Shown: positions 28,825 to 39,954, counted from the first letter of the stretch. The stretch: 64,000 nucleotides of DNA from Spirochaetia bacterium (GCA_963677595.1 OY782041.1:4000001-4064000), one strand, 5' to 3'. Translations and numbers: made by a program. Notes: generated by a model not told the origin, from the sequence alone.

Positions 28825-31281
28825 TTACCGGTAATCAGGCAGGATATACCCATGCTTCTTGAGCAGGTTCCTGACCGTTGAATACCGGCTCGTCGCGATG
28901 AAGACCCGGTCTCCCTCTGCGATCCTCACATGCTCCCCGAGCTTCCCGTCTTCTGCTATGACCTGACGCACCTTCTCATCAACGATCAGCGAGATATAGG
29001 GCTGGTACTCGATCTCGAGGACCTGGTTCTTATCGAGGATCTCGGCGAAGAAGGACTGCCAGATCGGGGGAAGCCCCTGCGCCCCGAAGAGCCCGATGAA
29101 GCTGTTCACCTTGTCGTTAAGCTCCTCGGGGGTACTGCAGTCCTTGGTGAAACTCTTCGCATCGATGACATAGAAGATCTCCCCGACTCTCTTCCCTACC
29201 TTCTCCAGGAAGATCTTCCTGATGGGGTCCTCTCCCTTGAGGGTGACCAGGAGCATATGCTCATCGAGCAGGCTGAGTGTGTCATCCTCCTGGACCTCCT
29301 CCTCATACTCATCACTCAGCCCCAGGACCTTGAGCCCGAGACTTGTGAGCCTGAAGCCGGAGATACCGTCAAAACCAGTCAGGTAGTACTTGTTCTTGAG
29401 ATGGTACTCGTTCTCAGTGAACGTAAAGCAGAGATCGAGGATCCCGATGGTATTGAGCAGGAAGAGCACCATCTCCACAAACGGTTTCTGGACTACCTGC
29501 CGATAGTTCGACGTCGTCACGACGAGCTTTCCCCGGTGGTAGGAATCGCTCGAGGGGCCCTCTCCCGAGCAGAAGAGCTCCCGCCATAAGAGGGGACCAT
29601 AATAGGGGGTCCCCAGGAGGTCTACCGATACCAGGTGGGAGATCATCTCTTCGACGCTGTACCACCGTCCCTCCTTCATCCGGGAGATGAGGATGGCGAT
29701 CCCGCATGCCGGATTCAGGAATCCATGGTAATCGAAGTCTCGTTCCGGGATCATATTGAGGTGCGGAAGCAGTGACTCGATCTCAGCCGCCTCGGGGATA
29801 TAGGGGGAACATATCTTGCGGTAGAGTTCCTCTATAAGCTCAAGTCCCTGGGAAGCTTCCGGGTGGATGAGCTCGAGCATCTTGAGTACCAGTTCTGTCC
29901 GCAGGTGATCAAGTTTGCTGTCCGACCCGAAAGGTTCCGGGATCGACCCGACCTGCCGGAACTCCTTAAGGGTGGACTTGAGGACATTCTTCCCGCTCTT
30001 CGAGTATTTCACCCCAACCGACTGGTGATACCCCACCAGCAGGCTGTGGACCTGCATATAGGATTCGAAGCCTTCGACCACGATATCGGAGGCCGGTTGG
30101 TCTGAGCTGCTCAAGGGGCGCAGCGTATCATCGGCAAAACTCCTCCTGAGTATCGGGACGAGACTTGAAGGATAGGAGCAGGTCTCATTATCAGTGGTAT
30201 CCCAATAATAGGAGCTATAGTAGACCAGGAGGGGGAAATGTTTCTTCATGAACAATTGCCTCTGGTATGTGTCCTTCGGCATCCTGGCGTTCTTGACGGA
30301 GAGATCCCTCACAAACCCATGGCCGCTCCCGATGAGGAGTTCAGGCAGCATCTTCTGCAATGCTGGGGGCAGTTTCGGTACTGCAGCCTTGAAGAGTGCC
30401 GGGATGGTGAATACATAGCCGAGGACCTGGCAGAGATCATTCTTCGCCGTCATGGACCCTCCACGCAGCAAGGGGGTGAGATACCGATTCACCTCACCCT
30501 TGATCGGGTTCGCATAGCGCATATAGATCCTCTTGATATCCTCAGACCTATACTGGCTATCAAGCTTCCGTGCCAGCATCTGAGCCTGGATATCAAAGAA
30601 GAGTTCGAGGTCACTCCTGTCCTCTCCCATATGTGTCAGTGCATGATCGACCCAGTCGATCAGCTCAAAGGGGGTGTAGCGGGAGATCAGGACCCCGTCT
30701 ATGTCACGTGCGAAGGTCGAGACATAGTCAGCCCCGACATGCTCCCTCACGGCCTCCACGACGAGCCGGGTCTCCGGCGATTGGGGGGCACAGCTCAAGA
30801 GGACAAGCAGGGCATACCGGGAGAACTGGATAGGGTCATATCTCGTCATATCTGCAGCTATCTCCCCTATCATGGAGATCAGGACCGCTGCTGCCTCTTT
30901 CCGGAATTGCAGGAGGAGTTTCATACTGAGATAGATGAGCTGCCTCTTCAGCGGGTGGGAAAGCCGCTCTGCGAGCTGCCGGCCTATGGTTCCCAGCACG
31001 GGAACCAACTCATCCGGCGGGATCCTTTCGATAAGCTGCTGGTTCAGGAGCATCCCGTACCGCAGTTCGACTGGTTGGGATGCCGTGAAACGGCTTGCTA
31101 ACTTATTGCCGGAGATCTCCTCCCTGAGGATCTGGGTCCCCTCGCTTCCCAGCATGCGGTTGAGGCATCGGATGCAGATATGCTTACCATTCTGGGACAG
31201 CAGGACCCGGTAGGATCCCTGACCGCAGTACGAGCAGGTCGCAGGGTGTGTAGTTTTCTTCCATTCCCGTATCGTGATCAT
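28825..31281 (-). CDS. Large hypothetical protein with N-terminal CxxC...CxxC and a helicase-associated-like C-terminus
   Basis: 818-aa ORF coupled to SNF2 by ATGA overlap; CSYC...CIRC; FRLTSLG segment. Confidence 0.6.
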   Translation of the reverse strand: MITIREWKKTTHPATCSYCGQGSYRVLLSQNGKHICIRCLNRMLGSEGTQILREEISGNKLASRFTASQPVELRYGMLLNQQLIERIPPDELVPVLGTIGRQLAERLSHPLKRQLIYLSMKLLLQFRKEAAAVLISMIGEIAADMTRYDPIQFSRYALLVLLSCAPQSPETRLVVEAVREHVGADYVSTFARDIDGVLISRYTPFELIDWVDHALTHMGEDRSDLELFFDIQAQMLARKLDSQYRSEDIKRIYMRYANPIKGEVNRYLTPLLRGGSMTAKNDLCQVLGYVFTIPALFKAAVPKLPPALQKMLPELLIGSGHGFVRDLSVKNARMPKDTYQRQLFMKKHFPLLVYYSSYYWDTTDNETCSYPSSLVPILRRSFADDTLRPLSSSDQPASDIVVEGFESYMQVHSLLVGYHQSVGVKYSKSGKNVLKSTLKEFRQVGSIPEPFGSDSKLDHLRTELVLKMLELIHPEASQGLELIEELYRKICSPYIPEAAEIESLLPHLNMIPERDFDYHGFLNPACGIAILISRMKEGRWYSVEEMISHLVSVDLLGTPYYGPLLWRELFCSGEGPSSDSYHRGKLVVTTSNYRQVVQKPFVEMVLFLLNTIGILDLCFTFTENEYHLKNKYYLTGFDGISGFRLTSLGLKVLGLSDEYEEEVQEDDTLSLLDEHMLLVTLKGEDPIRKIFLEKVGKRVGEIFYVIDAKSFTKDCSTPEELNDKVNSFIGLFGAQGLPPIWQSFFAEILDKNQVLEIEYQPYISLIVDEKVRQVIAEDGKLGEHVRIAEGDRVFIATSRYSTVRNLLKKHGYILPDYR

Positions 31282-34028
31282 TGGGCACCTCCAGAGAGGA
31301 TGAATTCCACATCCGCGGCATCAAGCTGCTTCAGGGCTGCCCCATCACTCTTGATGAGGGCATCGATGAGTTCCTTCTTCTCCTGCTGCAGCTGGAGGAT
31401 CTTCTCCTCGATCGTATCCTTGACGATCAGTTTGTAGCTGAAGACCGGTTTGTCCTGCCCGATCCGGTGGGTACGGTCAACTGCCTGCTGCTCTGCTGCG
31501 GTGTTCCACCAGGGATCGTAGATGAAGACATAATCGGCTTTCGTGAGGGTAAGCCCCACCCCTCCGGTCTTCAGGGTGAGGATCAGTACCTGGTAGGCAT
31601 CCTGCTGCTGGAACCCGTCTATGATACCCTGGCGGTCATGGGTGGACCCGGTGATCGTCCCGAAGGTGATCGCCTGCTCCTCGAGGGCTTCCTCGATGAG
31701 GGCGACCGCATTCAGGTACTGGGCGAACACCAGCACCTTATGCCCGTTCCCCACGGCCTCTGTCAGGGATTCCATGAGCAGTTCTATCTTCGGGCTGGCG
31801 ACCATCTTCTCAGAATAATCCTCCGGTATCGATGCGATCTGCCTGAGTTCGGAGAACGCCTGGAGGATCGACATCCGGGAGGGGGCGAGCCCCTCCTCAA
31901 CGATCTGGTTCGTGATTGCCTTCTGGAAGAACTTCCTTCGTTCCTCATAGATCCGGGCGTGTTCCGGGCTCATGGGGACATAGAGTACCTGTTCGTTCTT
32001 GGGCGGGAGGTCCTTGAGGACCTCATCCTTCACTCTCCGCAGGAGGAAGGGGGTGATCATGCGCTGGACCGCCTTGAGTGCGTCGGTATCGTGCTCGACG
32101 GCCACGGGGTCACCGAACCGGTGACGGAAGGAGCCGAAGGAGGAGAACATCCCCGGGACGATGAACCGGAAGAGTGCATAGACTTCGAAGATATTGTTCT
32201 CGATCGGCGTCCCGCTCAGGGCTATCCGGTGCCCCGCCTGCAGCTTGAGCACCGACCTTGAGATCTTTGACTGTATATTCTTGATCTGCTGGGATTCGTC
32301 TAAGACCACACAGCTGAAGGGCCTATCCTGAAGGATCTCGATGTCATTACGTACCGTATGGTAGGTGGAGAGGATGACATCCTGGGCATACACCTCGTCG
32401 AGGGAGCGTGATCCCCCATGGTAGATCGCGACCTGGAACTGTGGGGCGAACTTCCGGAACTCGGACTGCCAGGTATAGAGCAGGCTCTTCGGCATGACGA
32501 TCAGGGCGGGATGCTCTTCGGACGGGAGTACGACTGAGAGCAGGGAGATCGCCTGGATCGTCTTCCCGAGCCCCATGTCATCGGCGAGGCAGCAGCCGAT
32601 GCCGTGGGTATAGAGGTAATGGAGCCAGGAATAGCCGTCCTTCTGGTAGGGTCTCAGCTGTGCCTGGATCTCAGGGTCCGGATGGGTATAGCCCGAGAGG
32701 TCCTGCAGACCCTTGAGCGTCTTTCGGAACTCATCCACGGTCTCATGCGCGATCTCCTCGTCGAGCATATCCTCAATTCCCGGGATATCGAAGACAGAGA
32801 GCTTGACGGCACTCTTCTTCGACCTTCCGAGGAGGATCCTGATCTTCCTGATCCACTCCTCAGGGACGATCACCTTCTTGCCGTTATTCGCGGGTATATA
32901 GCCGTATTCCTCATAGAGGGCGAAGAACCGTTCCATGCTCAATGCCTCATCATCGAGTTCCGTGCCGACACTCCCTTCAAGATACCCCCGCTCCCCTTTC
33001 TGGATCTGCACATGGAGCGGCAGCTTCCTGATACTGATATCGAAGGATTCCAGGTGGGACGCCCCGCTGAGGGCATAGCTGCTGATCAGCTCCCCCAGTT
33101 CCCCGGAGAGGAAGGAGAGGGCGAACTCCCGGTCGAGGATGAAACGGTCCTCGACACGATAGAAGCCTGCAGGGATGTGTCTCTTCCGTGCATGGGATGC
33201 CATCTGCCTCTCCAGGTTCCTTGAGATCACCTCAAGCTCTATATCATAGATGAGGGGAAATACCTCGAGCCGGGAGGAGTGTCCATCGAAGTTCGTCCCG
33301 AACGAGGGCCTGAACCCGTTGACGAAACCGGTATCGAGTCCCTTGCAAACGAAGCCGGTATGGAGGTGCAGGGACCCGGCAGCATCGATGGTATCGAAAT
33401 AGAGCGAGGCGGATACCGGACGAGGTTTCCCGGCTGCTATGTGGAGATCCGGCGAGATCATATTGGGTTCGTGGGTATAATGGCAGAAGAGTGCTGCCAC
33501 CTCCCCGAGCTGCTCCTCCGGGAACTTCCAGGAGAAGAGTTCCAGGTCCCGGTATTCCGGGAACCGCTTGATGCGAAGCAGTCCCGTCTCACAGATGACG
33601 AAACCTGGTGCTATCGAATGGAGCAGCTTATGGACCTTACCTGAGAGGTCTACGAGCTCCACGACAGCCTGCCAGTGCCCTGCACCTTCAGCGCGTGTAA
33701 GCTTCAACTGCAGTTTCCCCCTGCCGGGTGAAAGGGGTATGGCTTCTGCCCGGTTGCCAACCAGCACCCCCAGGGAGGCAGCAGTCTCAAGGAGGTCCAG
33801 GTTCCGTTCCAGGGGGAGGCTCCCTTCTTCCCCACTCCCTGCCCGTTCCCCGAACTCAGCAAGGAGATGGAATACTTCAGGGGAGGACGGTGGAAGCCCC
33901 TTCTTCATCGCAAGCTCCAATGCATAGTCATCCTGGTCCCTCTTCAGCCTCAGGGCATTGGCTTTCACCGCAGTGGAACCGGTCCCAGTAGTCAACATGG
34001 AACCAAAATGTGTGTGGATCGATCTCAT
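31278..34028 (-). CDS. SNF2-family helicase/ATPase
   Basis: LRPYQ, LADDMGLGKT, LDESQQIKN, LSGTPIEN, DPWWN, DRTHRIGQ. Confidence 0.93.
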   Translation of the reverse strand: MRSIHTHFGSMLTTGTGSTAVKANALRLKRDQDDYALELAMKKGLPPSSPEVFHLLAEFGERAGSGEEGSLPLERNLDLLETAASLGVLVGNRAEAIPLSPGRGKLQLKLTRAEGAGHWQAVVELVDLSGKVHKLLHSIAPGFVICETGLLRIKRFPEYRDLELFSWKFPEEQLGEVAALFCHYTHEPNMISPDLHIAAGKPRPVSASLYFDTIDAAGSLHLHTGFVCKGLDTGFVNGFRPSFGTNFDGHSSRLEVFPLIYDIELEVISRNLERQMASHARKRHIPAGFYRVEDRFILDREFALSFLSGELGELISSYALSGASHLESFDISIRKLPLHVQIQKGERGYLEGSVGTELDDEALSMERFFALYEEYGYIPANNGKKVIVPEEWIRKIRILLGRSKKSAVKLSVFDIPGIEDMLDEEIAHETVDEFRKTLKGLQDLSGYTHPDPEIQAQLRPYQKDGYSWLHYLYTHGIGCCLADDMGLGKTIQAISLLSVVLPSEEHPALIVMPKSLLYTWQSEFRKFAPQFQVAIYHGGSRSLDEVYAQDVILSTYHTVRNDIEILQDRPFSCVVLDESQQIKNIQSKISRSVLKLQAGHRIALSGTPIENNIFEVYALFRFIVPGMFSSFGSFRHRFGDPVAVEHDTDALKAVQRMITPFLLRRVKDEVLKDLPPKNEQVLYVPMSPEHARIYEERRKFFQKAITNQIVEEGLAPSRMSILQAFSELRQIASIPEDYSEKMVASPKIELLMESLTEAVGNGHKVLVFAQYLNAVALIEEALEEQAITFGTITGSTHDRQGIIDGFQQQDAYQVLILTLKTGGVGLTLTKADYVFIYDPWWNTAAEQQAVDRTHRIGQDKPVFSYKLIVKDTIEEKILQLQQEKKELIDALIKSDGAALKQLDAADVEFILSGGAQ

Positions 34029-34245
34029 ACTCAGCAGTCCTTCATAGTCATTGAAGGGAGTATATCATAAGAAGGTGAGAGAGAACATGTATAAGTGTTC
34101 CTGATTGGTATATATGACCTCATGTCATCCTAGGATGGAGATTGTTCTGGATATAGAATCCTTCCCTTTTGAACAAAGATTTCGCCAACTTGATTCTCCT
34201 CACAGGCATCGTTATACTTGCTTTAGACTGACCGGGGAGCATTTC

Positions 34246-34395
34246 ATGGATAAAAAGAAAGAGATCCAGACATTCATCAAAGAGTTCGAGAAAAGAACGA
34301 AGGAGATCACTTCATCCAAGAAGAAAGCCAGAGAATACCTGATCAGTACTGGAATCTACACAAAATCAGGCAACCTCTCAAAGCACTACAAGTAG
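34246..34395 (+). CDS. Small basic protein (49 aa)
   Basis: Promoter TTGATT-N17-TATACT (34190-34218), RBS GGGGAG, ATG at 34246. Confidence 0.6.
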   Translation: MDKKKEIQTFIKEFEKRTKEITSSKKKAREYLISTGIYTKSGNLSKHYK

Positions 34396-34399
34396 GTAT

Positions 34400-35224
34400 C
34401 TATCTCATATCCTGTAAGAAGTCAATTGTTGTAAGCAGGATTGCACAAAGCTTTACCTCTACCTCTTTTCCTGTCTTTATTACTTCTGCATGACTCAGCG
34501 GCTTATCAAGAATACCTGCTGCCATATTGGTCACACAGGAGAATCCAACTACGTTCAAATCCAGGTAATTCGCTACTATCACTTCCGGGACTGTCGACAT
34601 ACCTACAAGGTCTGCTCCAAGTATTCCTGCCATCCGAATCTCAGCCGGAGTCTCATAACTGGGGCCATTGAATGCCATATACACTCCCTCTTGTAGCTCA
34701 TAACCCAATTTCTCAAGTATTCCAGCTTTAATCTTCATCCGCAACCTACGGTCATATGCATCACTTACGTCAGGGAATCTTGGACCATAGTTATCATCAT
34801 TTGCCCCTTTCAAAGGGTTATATCCCATATAATTGATATGGTCTTTAAGCATGATGATATCACCGGGCACATATCCCCTATTAACTGCTCCTGCTGCATT
34901 CGTCAAAATCACCTGCTTGACTCCAAGTGACTTCATGATTGCAATCGTTAGTACAATATCATCCTCATCGGTCCCCTCGTAAAAATGCGTTCGTCCTGCA
35001 AACACACACAAGTCATCATGTATCCTCATAACACCTGCATGCCCAGAAATCTTTCCGACATGCATCCCATCGATCTCACTGTACGGGATATCTACACCAT
35101 CGATGGTATGTAGTATAGAAGAGAGGCCTGAACCAAGTACTAACCCGGTCTTTGGTTGACAACTGCTTACCAGCCGTATTGCATCTACAGCTTTCTCTAC
35201 TCGTTCAAAAAAGTTTTCTTTCAT
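34400..35224 (-). CDS. punA: Purine nucleoside phosphorylase (trimeric PunA type)
   Basis: VLGSGL, GRTHFYEG, LTNAAG, GPSYETPAE, GMSTVPE, TNMAAG. Confidence 0.92.
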   Translation of the reverse strand: MKENFFERVEKAVDAIRLVSSCQPKTGLVLGSGLSSILHTIDGVDIPYSEIDGMHVGKISGHAGVMRIHDDLCVFAGRTHFYEGTDEDDIVLTIAIMKSLGVKQVILTNAAGAVNRGYVPGDIIMLKDHINYMGYNPLKGANDDNYGPRFPDVSDAYDRRLRMKIKAGILEKLGYELQEGVYMAFNGPSYETPAEIRMAGILGADLVGMSTVPEVIVANYLDLNVVGFSCVTNMAAGILDKPLSHAEVIKTGKEVEVKLCAILLTTIDFLQDMR

Positions 35225-35387
35225 GGTTCTTCCTTCTGAAAATGGGTATGAGATTATACCCAAAGTGCATATACAAACATTCCTGCGTGATCAGATTCAG
35301 ATCACCCAATGATCCTTATCAGAGATTATTCCCCTGTTGATTTTGCTGTGGTGCTTAGTATCCAAGCGCCTATGTATGAGAAACATT

Positions 35388-36722
35388 TCAATAATCGAGT
35401 CTTCCCATAAGCATAGCTCGTAAATCCTGTTCCACAGCCATAAAGGATTGGTCCCCAGCAAGATTGATCTGCTCATCCGGATCATGTACCATATTGAACA
35501 GCATATATGGCTCAAGATCCTGATTGAAGACGATTTTCCACTCCTCCGTCCTGATCATATATTCATGATTGAGTTCAGAGAGAACATGATCTCTTGGTAC
35601 GGTTGACAATGGATCCTGAGCATCACAGAACACACTCTCTCCCCCGCCGATACGGGTGATCATGGGTCCTATATCCATGAGCTCAGTCAACTGATGGGAT
35701 TCTTTAGGAACGGTCTTTCCTGGTAAGCGAACTATTAGGGGGATATGGACAGAAGATTCAAGGAAGTTCGATTTATAGAACCTATCTTGGTCCCCATTCA
35801 TCTCACCATGATCAGAAGTGAAGATTATTGCTGTATCTTCAAACTCTCCCCGTGCCTTCACAACGTCAATGATCTTGCCGATCTGTTCATCGATCAAGGT
35901 AATGTTCGCCGCGTAATTACGTCTGACTTCCTGTATATGCTCAGCCGTCGGTCGATCATAGGGAAGCGGTTGATCAAATGTTCCTGTAGCCCTATCAGGG
36001 TTGCTGTCAGTGAATCGGGGGATCGCATCCGGGAATGTGGTGTGCCTATATCGTTCCACATATTCATCAGGGGCATCCCAGGGCTCATGGGGCCCGCCGA
36101 ATCCGACAAAACAGAACCAGGGCTTTGAATCATGGTATGTCTCAAGATAAGAACAGGTCTCTCGCCCGACGTAGATATCAGGATACTCTTCCAGGGGGAG
36201 CACATGAGGCCGTACTGTCGCAGGTCCCTGTTCATATCGATCAGCATAATCGTCCTGAAGCTGTTTCCATAACCCCTTGCTCTGCCATCCTGCTGTCATA
36301 TGGGAGAGAATCGAAGTACTGACTCTCGGTCCGGGAATCTCGTTCACATCATCGAACCCATAGCTGTTCAGCAATGGTTCTGCCCTTCTCATATCGGGGA
36401 TTGACCCGTTATGGGGATACAAATGGACCTTCCCGATACAACTTGTATGGTACCCAAGCTTTTTCAGTTCCTGAACGTAATTAGGTGTATCTGGGGAGAG
36501 GGTATGAGGATCATTGTTCCATAACCCATTCTCATGGGGATACGTCCCCGTCATGAGAGCCAATCTGGCCGGTGCGCATAAGGGAGCATTCGAGTAGGCA
36601 TTGCAGAAAACCATTCCCTGCCGTGAAAGCCAATCGATGTTGGGGGTCTCTATGGGGTACCCTTGGAATCCAAACACGTTATACCGAAGCTGATCAAGCA
36701 TGATACACAGGATATTCATCAA
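35388..36722 (-). CDS. Cys-type sulfatase
   Basis: DQLR, CAPAR, GKVH, TSDHG. Confidence 0.9.
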   Translation of the reverse strand: MMNILCIMLDQLRYNVFGFQGYPIETPNIDWLSRQGMVFCNAYSNAPLCAPARLALMTGTYPHENGLWNNDPHTLSPDTPNYVQELKKLGYHTSCIGKVHLYPHNGSIPDMRRAEPLLNSYGFDDVNEIPGPRVSTSILSHMTAGWQSKGLWKQLQDDYADRYEQGPATVRPHVLPLEEYPDIYVGRETCSYLETYHDSKPWFCFVGFGGPHEPWDAPDEYVERYRHTTFPDAIPRFTDSNPDRATGTFDQPLPYDRPTAEHIQEVRRNYAANITLIDEQIGKIIDVVKARGEFEDTAIIFTSDHGEMNGDQDRFYKSNFLESSVHIPLIVRLPGKTVPKESHQLTELMDIGPMITRIGGGESVFCDAQDPLSTVPRDHVLSELNHEYMIRTEEWKIVFNQDLEPYMLFNMVHDPDEQINLAGDQSFMAVEQDLRAMLMGRLDY

Positions 36723-36725
36723 GTA

Positions 36726-37589
36726 TTACCCCTTGATCCCGCTCGAGGTCATTCCGGCAATATAGTACTTCTGCAGGAAAAGGAACAGAATGATGACCGG
36801 TATTGTCGAGAGAAGCGATGATGCGAAGATCAGCTCCCACTCGACACTCTGGTCTGTGAAGAGATTCGCTATCGCTACGGAGATCACCTGTTTATGCTCG
36901 TTCCTGATGATGATCAGAGGCCATACATAGGAATCCCAGGCAAGGAAGAACTTGATCAGCCCCCCACTGATGAGTGCCGGTACGATATTCGGGAACATGA
37001 CACTCCAGAACACTCGCTTATGGGAACACCCGTCGATAATCGCTGCATGATAGAGATCATATGGTACCTCTGCGAAATGGTTCGAGAACAGGAAGATCAG
37101 AAAAGCATCAGCTACCCAGGGAAGGAATAGCGCAACGAACGTATCACTCAAGCCCAATCCCTGCACTACCAGGAACGTAGGGATCATCCTTGCCTCGAAC
37201 GGTACAAGCATAGTGAACATGATGAGCAGGAAGATCGTTTTCCTGCCCGGGAAATCGAGCATCGATAGAACGAATGCCGTCATACTGCAGAAGATCATGG
37301 TTGTAGATACCGTAGCAGCTGACAATAATAGACTGTTGAATATATTCCGGTAAAACTCAAGATCAACGATGAGCCTGACAAAGTTGTCTACCGTCGGAGC
37401 AAGCGGGATGAATGTCTTCCAACTCATAGGTATCACAAAGGTGAAGAGTTCACTTCGCGTCTTGAAAGCTGAACCGATCATCCACAAGTATGGAAGCAGG
37501 AAGAGGATTGCCAGCAGTCCAAGACCAATCACCTTGAGCAGCGTATGGAAATACCTGTTTCCGGCAGCTTCTACTCGTATATTACTCAT
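36726..37589 (-). CDS. Carbohydrate ABC permease
   Basis: EAA-like loop AAIIDGC; FLFLQKYYIAG. Confidence 0.9.
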   Translation of the reverse strand: MSNIRVEAAGNRYFHTLLKVIGLGLLAILFLLPYLWMIGSAFKTRSELFTFVIPMSWKTFIPLAPTVDNFVRLIVDLEFYRNIFNSLLLSAATVSTTMIFCSMTAFVLSMLDFPGRKTIFLLIMFTMLVPFEARMIPTFLVVQGLGLSDTFVALFLPWVADAFLIFLFSNHFAEVPYDLYHAAIIDGCSHKRVFWSVMFPNIVPALISGGLIKFFLAWDSYVWPLIIIRNEHKQVISVAIANLFTDQSVEWELIFASSLLSTIPVIILFLFLQKYYIAGMTSSGIKG

Positions 37590-38542
37590 ATACTGCTCCT
37601 CCGATTCCTAGAGGTATAATATCGCTGCAGACCGGTGACTACTATCAGGATCAGAGCCAGGATGACCGACATGGCGGAAGCGTACCCCATCCGGTTGAAC
37701 GTGAATGCATACTCGTATATATGCATCACCACGACCCTGGTTGAGTCCACCGGGCCTCCCCCCGTGGTCAGGAGGATGGGACCGAAGACCTGGAAAGCCC
37801 GTATCGAAATCGTCATCAACAGGAACACTATAGTACGTTTGATCAACGGCAGGGTGATATAAATCTGCTGCTGCAGATAGCTCGCGCCATCAATCGTCGC
37901 CGCCTCATAGTACGAGGCGGGGATAGCGAACATCCCGGCAAGGAAGAAGAGCATCGTGAGCCCGACATTCTTCCAGACCGTGATTCCCACGATCGAATAG
38001 AGGGCCTGACCAGGACTGGTGAGGAACGGCTGGTGCGGGATCCCCACCAGCTGGAGCATAGCGTTAAACAAACCGTTCGTTGGATGCATCATCAGGCCGA
38101 GAATCGTGGTTATGACGACCATCGAGGTAACGACAGGCAGTAATATGAATGTCCGAAAGGCATCAGTCCATTTGTGTTTCCTGACCAGCAGGAGTGCCAG
38201 GAGGAACCCGAAGATCAGCTGTAATGGGACCCTCAGGAGGAAGTAGTTGACCGTCACCTTCAGGGAGTGGAGGAACTGCTGGTCTTTGAACGCGTTGACA
38301 TAGTTCTTCAATCCGAGAAACACCTTTTTCCCTGATATGAGGTTATAGGAATAGAGACTGTACTGTACTGCCTTGATGATGGGGACTAACTGGAATACGA
38401 TAAGCAGCAGGAGTGTCGGTATCGTGAAAAGCAGGATCGTCACTAACAGTTCTCTCTGCCCTGAACCGGGTATATAGGTGATTTTCTTCATTACACCATT
38501 CCTCTTGATTCTGTATAGCAGGGGCATGACGCCCCTGCTCAT
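37586..38542 (-). CDS. Carbohydrate ABC permease
   Basis: YEAATIDGAS, GGGPVDST, GYASAMS; start may be further downstream. Confidence 0.88.
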   Translation of the reverse strand: MSRGVMPLLYRIKRNGVMKKITYIPGSGQRELLVTILLFTIPTLLLLIVFQLVPIIKAVQYSLYSYNLISGKKVFLGLKNYVNAFKDQQFLHSLKVTVNYFLLRVPLQLIFGFLLALLLVRKHKWTDAFRTFILLPVVTSMVVITTILGLMMHPTNGLFNAMLQLVGIPHQPFLTSPGQALYSIVGITVWKNVGLTMLFFLAGMFAIPASYYEAATIDGASYLQQQIYITLPLIKRTIVFLLMTISIRAFQVFGPILLTTGGGPVDSTRVVVMHIYEYAFTFNRMGYASAMSVILALILIVVTGLQRYYTSRNRRSSI

Positions 38543-38557
38543 AGTCAGTCTGTACTA

Positions 38558-39856
38558 CTACTTGAACTGAGCCAGCTGAGATTCCAGCTGGTCGATCTTC
38601 TGTTTTACTGTTGATTCGACATCAGCCCCAAGCGCAAGGTCAGGATACAGGTTGAATCCCATGATCTGGTTATAGAGCACATACCCGGGAGTCAACGGCC
38701 TTGCCTCTCCATACGCATTCATGACCTCTACGAAGAATTTCTGGTAATCTTCCTGATAGTATTCCGGGTACTTGTCTGCGAAGTCGGTTCGTGAGACTAT
38801 ATCACTCCCGCCAATTGCATCAAAATAGAGTTTAATACCATCATCAGATCCCGCGAACTTGATAAAATCCTTGGCAAGCGTCTGATTCTTTGATTTCGCC
38901 GAGATTCCCATGGTGAAACCGCCGGTATGGACGATCGGCGTCTTGAAGAATGGAATCGGCATCAACCCCCATTCCGTCTCCGGGAACTTATTGTTGAATG
39001 TCGAAGCTGAAGACATGAAAGAGATCATGGTAATCGCCTGTCCTGTCCCGAAGGCATCAGGGACCTCAGCTGACGGAGCCAGTTCATAACGCGTGTAGAG
39101 ATCCTGGAAGAAATGATATGCTTCCATAGCCTCCGGAGTATCCCCGTATCCATGAACCGTCAGACCATCTTCTGAGATCGCCTTATAGGTGTTGGATCCC
39201 TTCTCCCCTGCACTTCTGATCATTGGCGTGATCCAGAAATCTCCCGTTCCCGGATTACTGAGAAACACAAGGCCCCAGACATCCTTTCCAGCCTGTTCCT
39301 TCACGACATCCTTCACTTTCTGGACATTGGTCAGCCATTCAGACCAGGTCCAAGGATGTTCGATATCAGGAGCGGTGATTCCCGCCATATCGAAATATGT
39401 CTTGTTATAGTACATTGCAGAGCATGCTTCTCGGAATGGGTAGGCATAGACTGATCCATTGTAGCTGACGGCTTCGATAGTTGATGCAAGGAACTGGCCC
39501 TTTTCGCTATCGGAAAGGATATCATCGATCGGGGCAAGCCCTCCGTAATAGGCATAGTTCCTGATATCAGTGGACCCTGTCGTGATGATATCATCCACAT
39601 CGTTAGAAGCCCACATAACCTGAAGCTGTTCTTTGTATTTTGCGAATGGCACTGACCTGATAGTGACAGTCACATCAGGGTTTTCGACCTGATACGCATC
39701 TGCAATTGCCTGGAACCCGTCAACCAACCCCGGGCTCTGCGGGAGGAAGAGTTTCAACTCCCCACCTGTCGCAGTCGCCTCTTCCTGGGATCCCCCCGCC
39801 CAAATGAATGAGATCCCAATGATCATAATCAGCAGCATAATCAATAATTTCTTCAT
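38558..39856 (-). CDS. Carbohydrate ABC substrate-binding protein (family 1)
   Basis: Signal MKKLLIM...WAGGSQE; MYYNKTYFDMAGI, PWTWSE. Confidence 0.88.
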   Translation of the reverse strand: MKKLLIMLLIMIIGISFIWAGGSQEEATATGGELKLFLPQSPGLVDGFQAIADAYQVENPDVTVTIRSVPFAKYKEQLQVMWASNDVDDIITTGSTDIRNYAYYGGLAPIDDILSDSEKGQFLASTIEAVSYNGSVYAYPFREACSAMYYNKTYFDMAGITAPDIEHPWTWSEWLTNVQKVKDVVKEQAGKDVWGLVFLSNPGTGDFWITPMIRSAGEKGSNTYKAISEDGLTVHGYGDTPEAMEAYHFFQDLYTRYELAPSAEVPDAFGTGQAITMISFMSSASTFNNKFPETEWGLMPIPFFKTPIVHTGGFTMGISAKSKNQTLAKDFIKFAGSDDGIKLYFDAIGGSDIVSRTDFADKYPEYYQEDYQKFFVEVMNAYGEARPLTPGYVLYNQIMGFNLYPDLALGADVESTVKQKIDQLESQLAQFK

Positions 39857-39954
39857 CTTACAACCCCTTATCTCTTGTAGAGTTACGCTGCAGAACGTGA
39901 AGGCCTTATACACTCCTGCAACTGTATGTGTCATTGTAGGGCACAATGCGAATC

